NCBI GenBank assembly: GCA_043228905.1
Contig: JBHGNT010000005.1
Span: 20,584,001-20,648,000 of the forward strand
Source: Azolla caroliniana
Taxonomy: Eukaryota; Plantae; Polypodiophyta
Length of the DNA stretch: 64,000 bases
Direction: 5' to 3'
Of the stretch, positions 1 through 14,003 are shown one piece after another. Position numbers and translations under genes: made by a program. Every line of letters begins with the position of its first letter. The first letter of the stretch is position 1. Under the pieces are notes generated by a model. It worked only from the letters and a program-made list of their open reading frames with translations. It did no database searches and was not told where the DNA came from.

Positions 1-600
1 GGAGTGGTGGGCCGGTTTATGAGCAATCCCGGCAAGGAGCACTGGAATGCAGTAAAATGGATACTCCGATACTTGAAAGGCACCTCAAGTATGTGTCTCC
101 GATTCGGCTCCGGTAAACCCCAACTTGACGGTTTCACCGATTCGGATATGTCGGTTGATGTGGATACTAACCGGTTAACATCGGGATATGTTATGACATA
201 TGCAGGGGGAGTTGTTTCGTGGCAGTCTAGGCTGCAAAAGACAGTTGCGTTGTCAACCACAGAGGCGGAGTACATGGCGGCTGTGGAAGCCGGCAAGGAA
301 ATACTATGGATGAAGGACTTCATCGGAGAGCTAGGGATCTGGCAAGAGGAATACCGGCTCTATTGCAACAGTCAAAGTGCCATCCACCTTGCGAAGAACA
401 CAACGTATCATTCCAGGACGAAGCACATCCAACGTAGGTACCACTGGATCCGAGAGTGAGTTGAAGATCAAGAGTTCGTGTTGATGAAGATCCACACGGA
501 GGAGAACGGGTCAGATATGTTGACCAAAGTGTTGACACCTGACAAGTTGGACGCATGCCGGAAGCGAATTGGACTAACCAGTCATCCCATGCCGGAGTGA
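1..600 (+). pseudogene. Ty1/copia pol C-terminus (end of RT and RNase H) with an in-frame stop
   Basis: Motifs FMSNPGKEHWNAVKWILRYLKG, VALSTTEAEY and HSRTKHI. A TGA at 457-459 interrupts the frame, which continues to the TGA at 598-600. Confidence 0.9.
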
Positions 601-1220
601 AGGGGGAGTTTGTTAGGATTTCGAGCCCTCCGTATGGGATGATGAAGGCCCGGCGTGAACCGGATGATGAAGGCCCGATGTGAACCGGATGTTGCACGCC
701 CGGTGAGAACCTCTCACCGGATGAAGGGACACATATGAAAATATGTTCCAGAGAGCCCATTGTGGCTATATTTGTAAATAGCCCGAAAGTCATATTAGTA
801 TAAATATGACATAGGGCAAACACTTGAGTGTGGTTAGTTGTTGTATAGAGTTATTTGGTGGAACTACTGTATAGAGCGTAACACAGAGAGAGAGAGAACG
901 ATACAGAGAGTGTGTCTCTGTTGTAACCGCCGCCAGGCGAAGGTTGAGAGCAAGAGGTCGTTTCCTTTGTGCTCCTTGTTGTATTTTCCTTGACATAGTG
1001 ATAGTTTGGAGTCTGTGGGCTCCCGTGGTTTTTCTCTCTTAGGGTTTTCCACGTTAACATACTGTGTACTCTCTCTCATATTGGCCGTGTATATGTGCAT
1101 TTACCTTCGTTGCCCATTTCTTTTGTGGTTGTGATTCTAACGAAGTGATTGAAGTCTCGGTTGTGGCCGAGCATTATTCTGTATATTATTGTCAATTTCC
1201 TACGCGAAAGCGGAACAACA
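601..1220 (+). mobile_element. PPT and 3' LTR of a copia element
   Basis: PPT AGGGGGAG at 601. LTR begins TGTTAG at 611 and probably ends CAACA at 1220. Homologous to the solo LTR at 27961-28658. Confidence 0.75.
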
Positions 1221-4200
1221 CGACATAATTTGGTGAACCCGATGTGAAACAAGGAGGCAGAGGAGTAGAAGATGAGGGGATCAGAGCTCGTTGAAGCCAT
1301 GGCGGCAACAGTCGATCACATAGTAAGTGCTCGCGAGGGCACATGCGCCCTCGATAGGGCCATTGAAGCAATTGTCAGCACAATAGGCCGGTTCGGTGGG
1401 AAGGACTCCACGAGCTATTTGGAGGCCTACCGAGTCGAGATGGTCATGAGGGACATTCCGGAGGATAGGCGTTTGGCCGGGTTCCCTCGGGTGGCGACAC
1501 CGAGCATCGACACAGAGGTGCTCGAGGTATAGGCTGGATGCCGGACCTGGGGAGAATTCGAAGCACGGCTCCTCAAAAGGTACGGGCTTGATGACGCGCT
1601 TCGGTTATTGAAGCGGGACTTCATGGAGTGGGTGGAAACCCCTGGAAAGGGGAGGAACGCGTCGGCGCTCTTCCGGGAGTTCGAAGAATGCTTTGCACGG
1701 CTCTCGGCACTAGACAAGACCGTGCTAGACACAAGCCGTGTTCTGTTGTTCGTCAAAGTGGTGGACATGCGGGATCGGGATCAAGTGGGTCTCCTGGTTG
1801 AGACAGATGATGGGCCGACGACCGATTGGGCCACGGTCAAAAGAGTCTGCAACTATTTTGACAAGCGGCGTGAGTGGGGCGATTTGGGATTGTTGGCGGT
1901 GAGACCCGTCTTGGCAAGGAAGTTCGACGAGCCTTCGCTGGCACGAAAGGAGGAAACCCGGGATTGGCTTGAGACGGGCTCGACCTCGACCGGCGTGGTC
2001 AAGGGCCCATCCGGAGGAGCGACTCTGGAAGAGCTTACGCAGATGGTGTGTGATCTCCAGATCGCACAAGCCCGGAGAGACAATGGCGAACAATCCTGTG
2101 ACCGGAGGCCTCCGGCTAGGCAGCGGTGCATGTGGTGCGACGCGTTCGGCCACACCCGGAAAGAGTGCGCGGATTTTGCAGACGCTCTTAGAAGTAATGT
2201 GGTGTACCTGTGGAACGGGCGGGTGCACACTGGTGATACCGGAGACCCCTAGAGACGAACTTCGAGCACGGCGGAATGAAGAGGTTGATGGAAGAAGCAA
2301 CAGCGCATCATGCAAAGGCCGTCCATTATTCGGTGTTGGCCAGAATCCGGGCCGGAAGCGACGAGGGCCGAAAGACGGAAGACTCCGGATTCTGGCCGTT
2401 GGTGATAGAAGGCCTCACCGGCATACAACTAAGGAAGGAGGAAGTGGACCGTGCGGAGAAGCGGATCCTAGAGGTTACCGGGTGGGACGACCCGGTAAAG
2501 GAGAAGATCGGCTTCGTGGAGGCCGTGTGCCAAAACTACGAGGTTCTGGTGGATGACAACAAGGCAGGGAAGGCCGGTGGAACTGCAACCCCGAATCAGT
2601 ACGAGACCCGGTTTGGGCCGAAGAAGAAGGATGCCGGCAATCCCGGCATGGCGGACAAAACAAAGCCGACCGGTTACCAACTGGGCACCGAAATAGAAAG
2701 GACAACTGACCTATGGAAGGTCCTCGAGGAGCGGATTCTCGACAGCAAGGTGGAGTTGTTGCTGAGGGAGGTGCTCCGGATCGCCAAGAGGGAGTTCCAC
2801 GATTCCATCGTGGACTTGGTGAAGCGTAAATGGCTCTCGACGGAGCCGGAGCCGGAGAAGCAAGTGGAGGTGCGAACGACGCACCTAGAGGACGTGGCCA
2901 TGGAAGACGAGTTGGCGGAGAGCCACTATTCGAAGTTGCACTGGGCAAGGGCTACTACGGAAACCCCTGTTCGGGTCGGGGAGGTCCAAGAGCCAGTAGT
3001 GGCGTTGATCGACCACGGATCAAAGATCAACTATTCGAAGTTGCACTGGGCAAGGGCTACTATGGAAACCCCTATTTGGGTCGGGGACGTCCAGGAGCCG
3101 GTAGTGGCGCTGATCGACCACGGATCGAAGATCAACCTAATGTCTATGGACTTCTATAAGAAAGGGAAGTGGTTGATCAACACCAAGCACGGGTGGAAGA
3201 TACGCGCGACAACACACGCCACGGAGGAGCTGCACGGGGCCTGCCCGAATGTACGTGTAAAAATCGGCGATGTCGAGATTGATCAACACTTCTTCGTGCA
3301 AGAGACATCCTCACACCCGGTGATACTTGGTGAACCGTACATTACGGCGGCACACATGGAGACAAAGGTGTTGGATAACGGTTCAACATACGCACGTGTG
3401 AAAAGCCAAGATGGGCGACACTCCATCCAATTTCTGACAGTGCGACTGAACCATGAGCGTAACTACGAGACCCTCGGTGGCGACAACCGAGCGGATTTTT
3501 AGAGAGGGCTATCAAGCCATGGGGCCGTGATAGTCCGGACACTCCAGCAGAACCCCACAAGTGTACTATGGGTAGGAAGTTTTGGGTCTCCAACAATGGA
3601 AGTTGTACAATAGCCAGCGTCGGTGGCCAGGAGAAGAAGAGGGCCGAGGAACGTTTCAGAGAGTGTGGTGTCCTCCCCGACGAAGAAATTAGCAGCGCCG
3701 TGGAGGCGGCCTCTTTCCACGACACCTTGGGGGAAATGGGAAAGGTGATCGATGAAGGCCTCAATGAAGACCGAGTGATTCCAGTCAACTCGGTGGAGAT
3801 GTACGAAGTCATTGCCGACTTTGGGGAAAGGGTCATGTTGGATCGGACGGCCTGTGTAGATACAAAATACAAGACTGTGGACCGGAAGGTGAGGCCAGTC
3901 GCGGCTCCCTTGCCGGAGGGCAGCAGGGAGTGGAGAAAGGGGGTTGCGTTGGACCCAAGTTTACGGAATCCGGCTTGCATAGAACACCGGTTCACCAACA
4001 TAACGCTACAGGAGCTCAAGGTCGGTGGGGGTGGCTTCCTACTGCCAGCGGAGGAGGAGAGGTTTCGGAGAATGCTCGGAAGGCACGGGAAGGCCTTCAC
4101 ATTCGCGTCGGGGGAGATCGGGTGTGTAGACCCGACAATCGTGGAACCAATGGTGATCTTCGTGGTACTGCATGTGTCGTGGAATCTCAAGCTGATTCCG

Positions 4201-5466
4201 GTACCCAAAGCTCACATCCCGAGGTTGATGGAGCTACTGAAGCAGAAGGTGGAGTTGGGCATCCTCGAGCCATCGAGTGCCCCATATTCGAATCGTTGTT
4301 TTAGTGTGCCGAAGACGAACGGGACGTTGCGCTTTATTCAAGACCTGCAGTCGGTCAACAAGGTGACCATTCGGAACACAAGTGTCAGACCGACCATTGA
4401 CGAGTTCGCAGAGGCCTTCACTAGAAGGTCGATCTATTTGGTCAATGATCTATATTCAGGGTACGATCAATTCCAACTAGCCGTGGAGAGTAGGGATATC
4501 ACGACGATGCAGACTCCTCTTGGGCTAGTGTGGATGTGTACCCTACCGCAAGGAGGGACCAACTCAGTGGCACACATGGTGAATGAGATGAACAAGGTGT
4601 TGAGGGACAGCATCCCGGACATCACCCGTTCTTGGACGACATCCCAATAAAGGGGTGTCCGATGGAAGAGAAGGACGAAACGGTTGGGCTGGATGGATGT
4701 CGAAGATTCGTAGTGCACCACATCGGCGACTGTGAGAAGGTGCTTCAAAGACTTGAGGACGCGCGGCTCACCTTCTCGGGAGAGAAATCAGCTTTCGGGC
4801 AGTCGGAGATCCTAGTGGTCGGGCACTTGTGCGGGCCTTACGGCCGGAAGCCGTCTCCTGCAAAAGTAGAAGCCATCTTCACAATGAAGGAAGAATGCAA
4901 GTTGGTTACAAAGGTGTGGAGGTTCCTATGCACGTGCGCATTCTACCATATCTGGATTCCGCATTATGCACACGTCGTGGAGCCGCTTTACGGGTTGCTG
5001 AAGAAGGGACATAAATTCGAGTGGGGCGACGAGCAGGCAGAGTCGGTTCGAAGATTGAAGGAGGCACTGACCGCGGCACCAACACTCCGGAAAGCGGTTT
5101 ACGGCAAGGACGTCCCAATTTACATTACGGTAGACATGAGCCTAATCGGGATAGGATGGGCGGTCAACCAGGAGGACGAAACCGGCACGAGGTTCCCCAT
5201 CCGGTTTGGAGCGAAGGTGCTAAGTGAGCGGCAGCGAGGATACGCCCAAGTAAAACGCGAACTCTGGGGTATCGTTTCGGTTGTCAAGGCCGATAAAGAC
5301 TACTTGATCGGGATGGAGGTGATAATCGAGACAGACTGTCTACCGATCCTTGGTATGATTTCCGGATGCGCGACGCAGGACCTGGCAATGCTCAGGTGGA
5401 TCGCATACATTAAGTCTCTAAACCCAAAGATACGGCACATCTTCGGTAAAGACAACGCCATGGCCG
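1221..5466 (+). mobile_element. Decayed, 3'-truncated tRNA-Trp-primed Ty3/gypsy element (gag-PR, RT, RNase H)
   Basis: LTR end CGACA, then PBS TGGTGAACCCGATGTGAA (1231-1248). Gag CCHC CMWCDAFGHTRKEC, PR ALIDHGS, RT and RH collinear with the intact element at 38605. Stop at 1530-1532, frameshifts near 2250 and 4630, breaks off after KDNAMA. Confidence 0.9.
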
Positions 5467-8081
5467 GATTTGGTACATACATATGTATGGGGACCTACAG
5501 AAAATGCCTCAATTGGTGACTGTAGGTTTTATGTAACATTCATTAATGATTGCTCAAAGAAAACATGGGTTTACTTCATGAAAGAGAAGAGTGAAGTATT
5601 TGATTTCTTTTGTAAGTTCAAATGGAAAGCAAAATAGGTTGCCTTTCCCTCATGAAAGACATATAAGCAAAAACTTGTTGGATTTGGTACATACAAATGT
5701 ATGGGGACCTAAAAAAATGCCTTAATTGGTGGCTTCGGGTTTTATGTAACATTCATTGATGATTGCTCAAAGAAAACATGGGTTCACTTCATGAAAGAGA
5801 AGGATGAAGTATTTGATTGATTTCGTAAGTTCAAATGCATGGTAGAAAAGCAAGTCGGGACTAAAATAAAATGTTTACGGTCTAATGGAGGAGGAGAATA
5901 CTTCTCAAATGAATTTTCTGATTTTCTCTGCAATCAAGGAATAAGGAGATAGTTCACATGTAGTTGTACTCCACAACAAAATGGAATGGCTGAGAGGAAA
6001 AATAGAACTTTGGTAAACATAGCAATAGCTTTGATGATTGAAAAAAATATGTCATTGTATTACTAGGCAGAGGTTGTAAATACAACAAACTATAATCTAA
6101 ATATATGCGTAACATCTGGAGTACATGTAGTAACTCCTGAAGAATGTTTCTATGGCAGGAAACCTAGTTTAGGACACTTAAAAGTGTTTGGAAGCATTGC
6201 TTATGTTCATATACATGCTGAAGTAAGGAGTAAGTTTGATCAAAATGCTGAAAAATGTGTTTTTGTAGTATATTCAGAGGAGCAAAAAGGGTATAGATGT
6301 TATAACCCTTTAACAAAAAAGATTGTAGTAAGCCATGATATAATATTTGATGAGTTGGGCAGTTGGTACAGCCCAAAACAAAATGTAGAAACTGATGAAG
6401 ACAATGAAAATGAAGACAAAGATAAATCTAAAAATGGAAGACATTGCCATGGAAATGGAAATAAGGTTGGACAAAAAAGTTCAACGTCAATAGAATGTAC
6501 TAGACCATCTGAAAACTCAGGTAGTAAATCTGATTCAAATTCATGGAGTGGAAAAAATGTAAGACATAAAAAATATTATGATAAAAAGGGAAAACAGAAA
6601 AATGGCAGAATATGAAATGTTTGATGAAGGATCTAGAAACATGGGAAATGTAGATTCAGATGTATCATTGGATGATGAGTTGGGTACACGAGTCCTGAAA
6701 ATCCCTGGTATTGAAAAAAAAACAAAAGATGCAAATCAGAAATTGAGAAGATCAAATAGAGAGAAAAAAATCGTTGAAAGATTTGGTTATGATACATACA
6801 TGGCTATGCATTATGCATATATGTCTAAAGTGGTACAAATCCCTAATCCAAATAGTTTTGATGAAGTAAAAGCTGAGAAGAAATGGGTAAATACAATGCA
6901 AGAAGAAATGGATGCATTGGCTGAAAAAGGCTTTCTATGGACTGAAACAAGCACCGAGAGCACTTTCAGAATCTCTGAAAGAAATTGCTTTCAAAATGTA
7001 AAGGTTGATCCATCATTGTATGTAAAAAGGATAAATGATTGCATTGTTGTTATTTTGATTTATGTAGATGATTTAATCAATGGAGGTGATTCTATGGATG
7101 AAATAAGCAAGCTGGAAAAAAATCTAGAAATGCAGTTTCGTATGACGGACTTGGGAGAGCAGAAATACTTTCTTGGTATTGAGACGATCAGATCTGAAAG
7201 TGGAATATATATGCTGCAAAAATAGTATGTTACAACTATGCTGAAAAAATATGGAATGCTTGGATGCAAACTTATTGATATACCACTGGATAAGAACTGC
7301 AAATTGAGAGCTGATTTGGGAGCAAAAATTGCATATGTCAACATGTACAGGTCTATGGTGGGCAACTTCATATACTTGACTATAACAAGACCTGATTTGA
7401 GTTATGCAGTTGGATTAGTTAGCCAGTTTATGCAACATGCAACAAAGCCACATTTGGATTGCATTAGGAGAATTTTGAGGTATGTAAAAGCTACTCAAAA
7501 CTATGGACTGTTTTACATGATTGATTTGGACATAAAGTTGGAAGGATATACATATGCGGATTGGGCTGGAAGTCAAACTGATAGAAGATCCATGAGTGGA
7601 TATATGTTTACATTAGGAAGTGCAGCTATTTCATGGAGTAGCAAGAAAGAATCTATTGTTGCATTATCAAGTACTAAAGCTGAATATAGAGGAGTTGCAA
7701 TAGCTACTTGTGAAGAAGTATGGATTAGAAGATTGCTTGCTGATTTGGGAGAGTATATAGATGATGCAGTCACAATTTGGTGTGACAATATGAGCAACAT
7801 TCAATTCGCATAGAAAAACATACACAATTTAAAGACATGATGGGAGTTATAAGCATTGATATGATAACCAAAAAGCATGATGGAAAAGAAGATTGATGAT
7901 GATCTCAAGAGTGGATAAGTTGAGCTTGAGGTGGAGTGTTAAAAAACAAGCTCAACAAAAGCATGTGATGCTTATTGGTAACTGAGATCTTCTATAGTAA
8001 CTATTAGGAAATTAGCTACTATTAGACATATAGGTAAAACAACTATTTAGCCACTCACAGCTATTTAGTTGAATATGTAAG
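5467..8081 (+). mobile_element. Decayed AT-rich Ty1/copia element A (integrase, partly deleted RT, RNase H, start of 3' LTR)
   Basis: FGSIAYVH, LIYVDDL, TRPDLSYAVGLVSQFM, ALSSTKAEY. PPT-like GAGGTGGAG then TGTT at 7937. The LTR is interrupted at 8082 by element B and resumes after 12727. Confidence 0.85.
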
Positions 8082-8275
8082 TGTTGAGAGTCGAACTCAA
8101 CTTCCCATAGTAATAGGTTTCACACTAGCTCATGGTCATACCAGGCTAGTTTTGTAAATAGTAGAAAGGGCACTTGCCCTAGTTTAGTTGGTATTTAAAC
8201 CAACCCCTTGTAACTTAGTTACTGTTGGAAGTATTTTGGTTAATGCAATATACAGTCTTTTATCTTTGTCTTAAG

Positions 8276-8311
<36 letters not shown>

Positions 8312-11300
8312 GTTTTGCCTTACGTGCATACACACAGTCCTTCCGATGCATTTCAACCACTCTTGCTCCTCATTTTATTTACATGGTATCAGAGTGTGTG
8401 GTTGCATAATCGAATCTATTCAACTGTGTTGTGGTACACGCCGATGATCAACATAACCGGCTCATCAACAGAGAAGAAATCGACATAATGAACACTCAGA
8501 TGGGAAGCGCTCTTCCTACCGAGAAGCTTGACAGAACGAACTTCGCATCTTGGGAATATAAGATGCATCAATACCTTGTTGGGCAAGGTTAATAGAGCTA
8601 CATTGAAGGAGCTCATGAAACTCAACCCAACTCAACACACACTGACTATCCCGTTTGGGAGCAGGCCGCAAGTCGTGTGTTGTATTGCCTTGCATCATGT
8701 GTTCATGATCGTATGCTTGGCTATATTCAAGATTCGAAAACACCGAAAGAAGCTTGGGGAAACCTCAAGAAGATTTTTGCGGCCAACACGACTGCATGAA
8801 AGCTCCAACTTTGACAGGAGCTAAACAACATGCAACAGAGGGACGTGTCGATCACAGGCTATACCTTAAAGATCAAGGAGCTATGCGATGCCCTCGGTTC
8901 GCTTAATGTCGTAATCGACAATGACAAGATGGTGCAAATATGCCTCAGCGGCTTAGCACCCCGATTTGGCTCGATTAGATCGGCCATCCTTGCAAGGGAG
9001 AACCCTCCTTCATTTTTCGATCTCCAATCAATATTGTTGGTTGAGGAAAATCACGCCTGACAAAGGAGCAACGCACCAGAGGGTCATATGCTCTACTCCC
9101 AGTCGGATGATAGAAGAAATTTCGGTCGTGGAAATAGAGGTCGATTCAAACAAGGTCGTAATGGTCAACAGACTCAAGAGCGTAACCCCCACCAATGGCA
9201 AGCGGACATGAACAGTCCCAGAGAGTTCGGCAGAAGGGGGAGTCATCACGCCGGACCGAGCAATCGTAACAACCCGATCGAATGCGAGTATTGTGGAAAA
9301 CACGACTACTATGAAGAGGAGTGCCGGAAAAAGGTACGAGACTCGGCCTCAACTAGCCGACAGCTCACGAACTACGCATCGAATTCCGACTACGACAACC
9401 GTAGCGGAATGTTTACAGATTACACCACGAATTCCGACTACGACGACCGTGGCGAAATGTTCGTAATGAGACACGAAGCATGCCAGTTCGGAAAGCAACG
9501 CCGACATCCATTCCTAAAAGAGAGGAATGTGAGCAAAGGGATCCTGGATGTTGTACATTCAGATGTATGGGGACCGGCCTAGGCAAGCACACTCGGCGTA
9601 TGCCGATATTACGTTACATTCATCGACAACTTCTCCAGGAACACTTGGATCTACCCGATGAAACAAAAGAGCGAAGTGTTTGGATACTTCCAAAGATTCA
9701 AAGCCAAAGTCGAAAAAGCTACGGATCGACACGTACGCTGCCTTCGATCGAATGGAGGCAAAAAATACTTTTCGGATGAGTTTACGGCATATCTCCGAAA
9801 GGAAGGAATCCGACAAGAATTCTCATGTTGTCACACACCTCAACAGCACGGTGTAGCTAAGCGTAAAAACTGGCACATAGTAGAAGTGGCGCGGGCAATG
9901 ATGAATGAGAACAACCTGTCGACATCGTACTGGCCAGAAGCGGCAAACATGGATGTATACCTCATGAATAGGTGCACAACCTCGGGAGTACACGACGTAA
10001 CTCCTCATGAGAAGTTCTTTGGAAAGAAGCCGAACTTATCACATGTCCACATTTTCGGCGCAATTGCTTACGTACATATTCCCGATGATACGCAACAAAA
10101 GCTCGACCCGAAGTCAGAGAAATGTATCCTCATAGGATACTCACTCGAACAAAAGGGGTACAAATGCTACAACCCATCTACCCGAAAAGCTCGAACAAGT
10201 CGAGATGTAGTCTTCGACGAGTCGGCATCCTAGTACGCACCAGAAACAACTTCGACTCTGACTCCACTCGACCTGGAATCCGCCGAAATGGAGATAGAAG
10301 ACGAAGATCGGGTCACACGCATGTTCAAAGAAAGCCCGATTATGACACGGCTTCGTGGACCACGGGAGCCCCCGAGTGACCAAAGCACATTTCGACCGAG
10401 TCCGAAACTCGACAAAGGGAAGGCCAAGATGTCTGAATACGAAGATCCAATCGATAATGCGTCGACTCACTCCCTCGACAATGAGTTCGAAGGCCTGGAC
10501 ATCCCAATCATCCGGATAGATGGAGCGAAGAAAGCCCTAGTATCTACAAATGAGAAACTCCGTCGATCGACCCGTGAAAAGAACCCCGTAAGCCATTTCG
10601 GCTACAACAATTATATGGCGTACCATTACGCCTTCATGTTGAAGGTAGCGTCAATACAGGAGCCGGAGACGCTTTCCGAAGCCGTAAAGGATCTGCAATG
10701 GGTCGATGCGATGAATGAGGAAATGGAAGCGTTATGCAAAAACGAGACCTAGGATCTCGTCCCTCACACGCCGCACAAGAAAGTGATTGGTTGTCGATGG
10801 ATTTACAAAGTGAAACACAATGTCGACGGCTCAGTAAATCGCTTTAAAGCACGGCTCGTTGCGAAAGGATATGCGCAAAAGCGCGGCATAGACTACGAAG
10901 AGACCTTTGCCCCAGTGGCAAAGATGACAACTGTGCGGACCGTAATTGCAATCGTGGCAGCAAAAGGGTGGCACCTCCACTAGATGGACGTCAATAACGC
11001 CTTTCTTCAAGGCGAATTGGAAGAGGAGGTGTACATGATCCAACCACCCGGTTTTGAATCATGCAATCATTCAAACGTCGTGTGCCACCTCAAGAAGCCA
11101 CTATACAGCTTCAAACAAGCATGTCGTGCGTGGCACTCGAAGATCACGCAATATCTTCATCAGATCGGATTTCGAATGTCAAAATCTGATACTTCCTTGT
11201 ACATCCGACATGAGTTGGATAGCCCGATTGTCATCATCCTTTACGTGGATGATTTGGTCATCAGAGGAAAGGATATCGCCGAGATTAACAAAGTCAAATC

Positions 11301-12722
11301 ACTTCTCTCTGACAGATTCGAAATGAAAGACCTGCACGAGCTCCATTACTTCCTAGGCATTGAAGTAATTCGGACATCAGTCGGAATAATGATCTCACAA
11401 CGGCACTACGTTCTCAACTTGCTGTACATGTTCGGAATGACCGAATGCAAACCTGTGTCCACCCCTCTCGATCGTAATCTCAAGATGGATGTCGATTCCA
11501 GCACAGCCATGTGCGAGTCAACTCAGTATCATCAATTGATCGACAACTTAATCTATCTCACCATTACTCGACTCGATCTCAATTATTCGGTTGGCCTACT
11601 TAGCCAATTCATGCAGAATCCGTGAAGCCTTCATCTCGATTGCGCTAAGAGGATACTCTTGTATGTCAGTACCACGATGGATTATGGCATTATGTATAAG
11701 TCCAATACGCCCATTCGATTCGAAGGATACATAGACGCGGACTAGGCAGGATACAAAGCAGATAGACAATCCACATCCGGATTCGTCTTCTCCCGCGGCA
11801 ACGGAGCGATCTCCTGGATTAGTAAGAAGCAACCGACAGTCGCACAATTGAGCACGGAAGCCGAATACAGGGGCGCGACAGTCGCCACATGCGAAGCTGT
11901 ATGGCTCAAGCGCATACTAAAGGATCTGGGCATTCCCATTACGGATCCAATTCGCCTCTTCTGCGACAACATGAGCAGCATCTACCTCGCTCGGAACCCC
12001 ATCTTCCACGCGTGGACTAAACACATCGAAGTGTACTACCACTTCATCCGCATGTGTGTATAGGCCGAAGATATCAATCTGCAACATATCAGTATGCACC
12101 TCCAGATTGCTGATATTTTTATGAAGGCCTTAGGAGTCGACAAGCTCGGGCAATTCACATCAGATCTTGGTCTCACGGCATCCACATTGCCGAGCTTGAG
12201 GAGGAGTATTCCGAGTGACATGCGCGCACTATACGCATTTGATCGAGTACACAATATGCAACGATACGTGAGTACGCAACACGAGCACGAAGCCGAAAAG
12301 CCAAACAATCCAGTTCGAGGATTACGAATGCCGGAAGCCTTATTCCAAAGACAGAACCGAAACAAATTTTCGACAAATGGAAGTTGTGTTCGAAGGGGCG
12401 TTTTGAGAGTCGAACTCAACTTCCCATAGTAATAGGTTTCACACTAGCTCATGGTCATACTAGGCTAGTTTTGTAAATAGTAGAAAGGGCACTTGCCCAA
12501 GTTTAGTTGGTATTTAAACCAACCCCTTGTAACTTAGTTATTGTTGGAAGTATTTTGGTTAACGTAATATACAATCTTTTATCTTTGTCTTAAGCTCTCT
12601 CACTCACTCTCTCTCCCTCCCTCTCTCAGTTTTGCCTTATGTGCATACACACACACACACACGCACGCACGCGCAGTCCTTCCGCTGCATCTCAGCCACC
12701 CTTGCTCCTCATTTTATTTATA
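8082..12722 (+). mobile_element. Ty1/copia element B, two LTRs, internally deleted and decayed
   Basis: LTRs 8082-8383 and 12401-12722; TSD GTAAG (8077-8081 and 12723-12727); PBS TGGTATCAGAG 8384-8394 (tRNA-iMet). Gag CEYCGKHDYYEEEC is joined directly to the integrase (protease missing). RT LYVDD; many premature stops. Confidence 0.93.
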
Positions 12723-13099
12723 GTAAGTCACTTATATACTTAGGTAAAAAAGTAAGACTGAGTAGGAGAGTGTAGAGAAGATAGAGAGAAGAGAAGAGAA
12801 AAGAGAGAGAGGTTTTTTCTCTGCGTAATGAAACAAAACGTTTTTGGGCTGCTAAAGAGGTTAGTCTCCTTCCCCCCTTTCCTTCCTCTCTTGAACACAC
12901 TAACGATCTTGCACATCACGATCCGTTGTGCACTAAGAAGAGCCGCAACGCCTTCGTAACACTTTCGACTTGAGATTGTGTAACCCCTCTTTAATATTGC
13001 ACTTGTTATGCTAATCTCGTGTTTCAAGACTATTCTTGTACATTAATAATTGATCTACTTGTGAGCGCAAGTGTGCAAAGGAGAGGAACACGTTGCACC

Positions 13100-13350
13100 T
13101 TTCGACTCTACGGAGCATTCGACTCTAGTGAGCCTCCGAGTCCCACAAAGCCTTTGACTATGGAGAACCTTCGACCCTAGGGAGCGTTCGCCTCCTGCCA
13201 GCTTCCGACTCTAGGAGGTCTCGACTTTGACGAGCCTTCGAGTCCTAGGAGCCTTCGACGCTAAGGAGCCTTCAGCTCTAATGAGCTTTCGCGGCCTAGG
13301 AGCTTTCAAGTCTATTGAGCTTTCGACTTCTAGGAGTCTTCGAGCCCCGT
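13100..13350. repeat. Degenerate ~17-18 bp tandem repeat (approx. GAGCCTTCGACTCTAG)
   Basis: A dozen or so imperfect copies of CTTCGAC/CTAGGAG-type units are visible. Origin unclear. Confidence 0.6.
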
Positions 13351-13572
13351 AACATGTGCGCCCTGTTAAGCCCTTAGTGTCCTTCGTAGTTGACGACCCC
13401 ATGTGGTCCTGCCTGAGTAGCGCATGCGCACACGCGATTACGCCACAACGTTTCAGGGCAAGGCCTCGAGCAAGGCGGGTGAGCGGACACGCAACGCAGT
13501 GACGATGGCCAACGATTCCCATTCCTTCTTTCTTCTTTTTTGTCCGCCTTCTTCTGTCCGCAATGACGAAAA

Positions 13573-13603
<31 letters not shown>

Positions 13604-13741
13604 CTTTATGTCCGGCTTCTTCTGTCCCAAAAGAGAAAAAGAGAGAGAAGAGAAGAAGAATCCATGGCCATACCCTCCCTCTCTCTGTCTTCTGTCTCTG
13701 TCTCTGTCTGCCATTCAAACTGGAAAAAAAAGCTCCTGCTC

Positions 13742-13751
13742 TCTAACGGCT
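13742..13751 (+). promoter_or_regulatory. Candidate MSA (M-phase-specific activator) element upstream of the kinesin
   Basis: TCTAACGGCT fits YCYAACGGYY, ~260 nt upstream of the ATG of a cytokinetic kinesin. Single short motif. Confidence 0.45.
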
Positions 13752-14003
13752 CCATCTCCTCCTTCCCCCAATTTTCAATAATGGCGCCCATCTCATGCTT
13801 CTCTGCTCTCTTCCTTCTTCTTCTTCTTCCTCTCATGTCTGCCTCCTGCCTGTCTATGCCCCTCCATCCTTCCCTCTGCAGGTGAAGAAGAAGAAGAAGA
13901 AGCTTCTCTCTCTCTTTTACCTTCTTCGGATCTGATTTCCTTCTGATCTTCCCATCCATCTATCCATTCATCCATCTATCCATCCATCCATCCATCCATA
14001 CCC

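Noticed and set aside
8082-8150. B-box-like GAGTTCGACTC at the copia B LTR end
   Set aside because: No properly spaced A box, and it lies within a terminal hairpin, so it was not counted as a tRNA-like cassette.
13211-13975. Overlapping ORFs upstream of the kinesin
   Set aside because: Driven by (CTT)n and (TCCA)n microsatellites; no recognisable domain.
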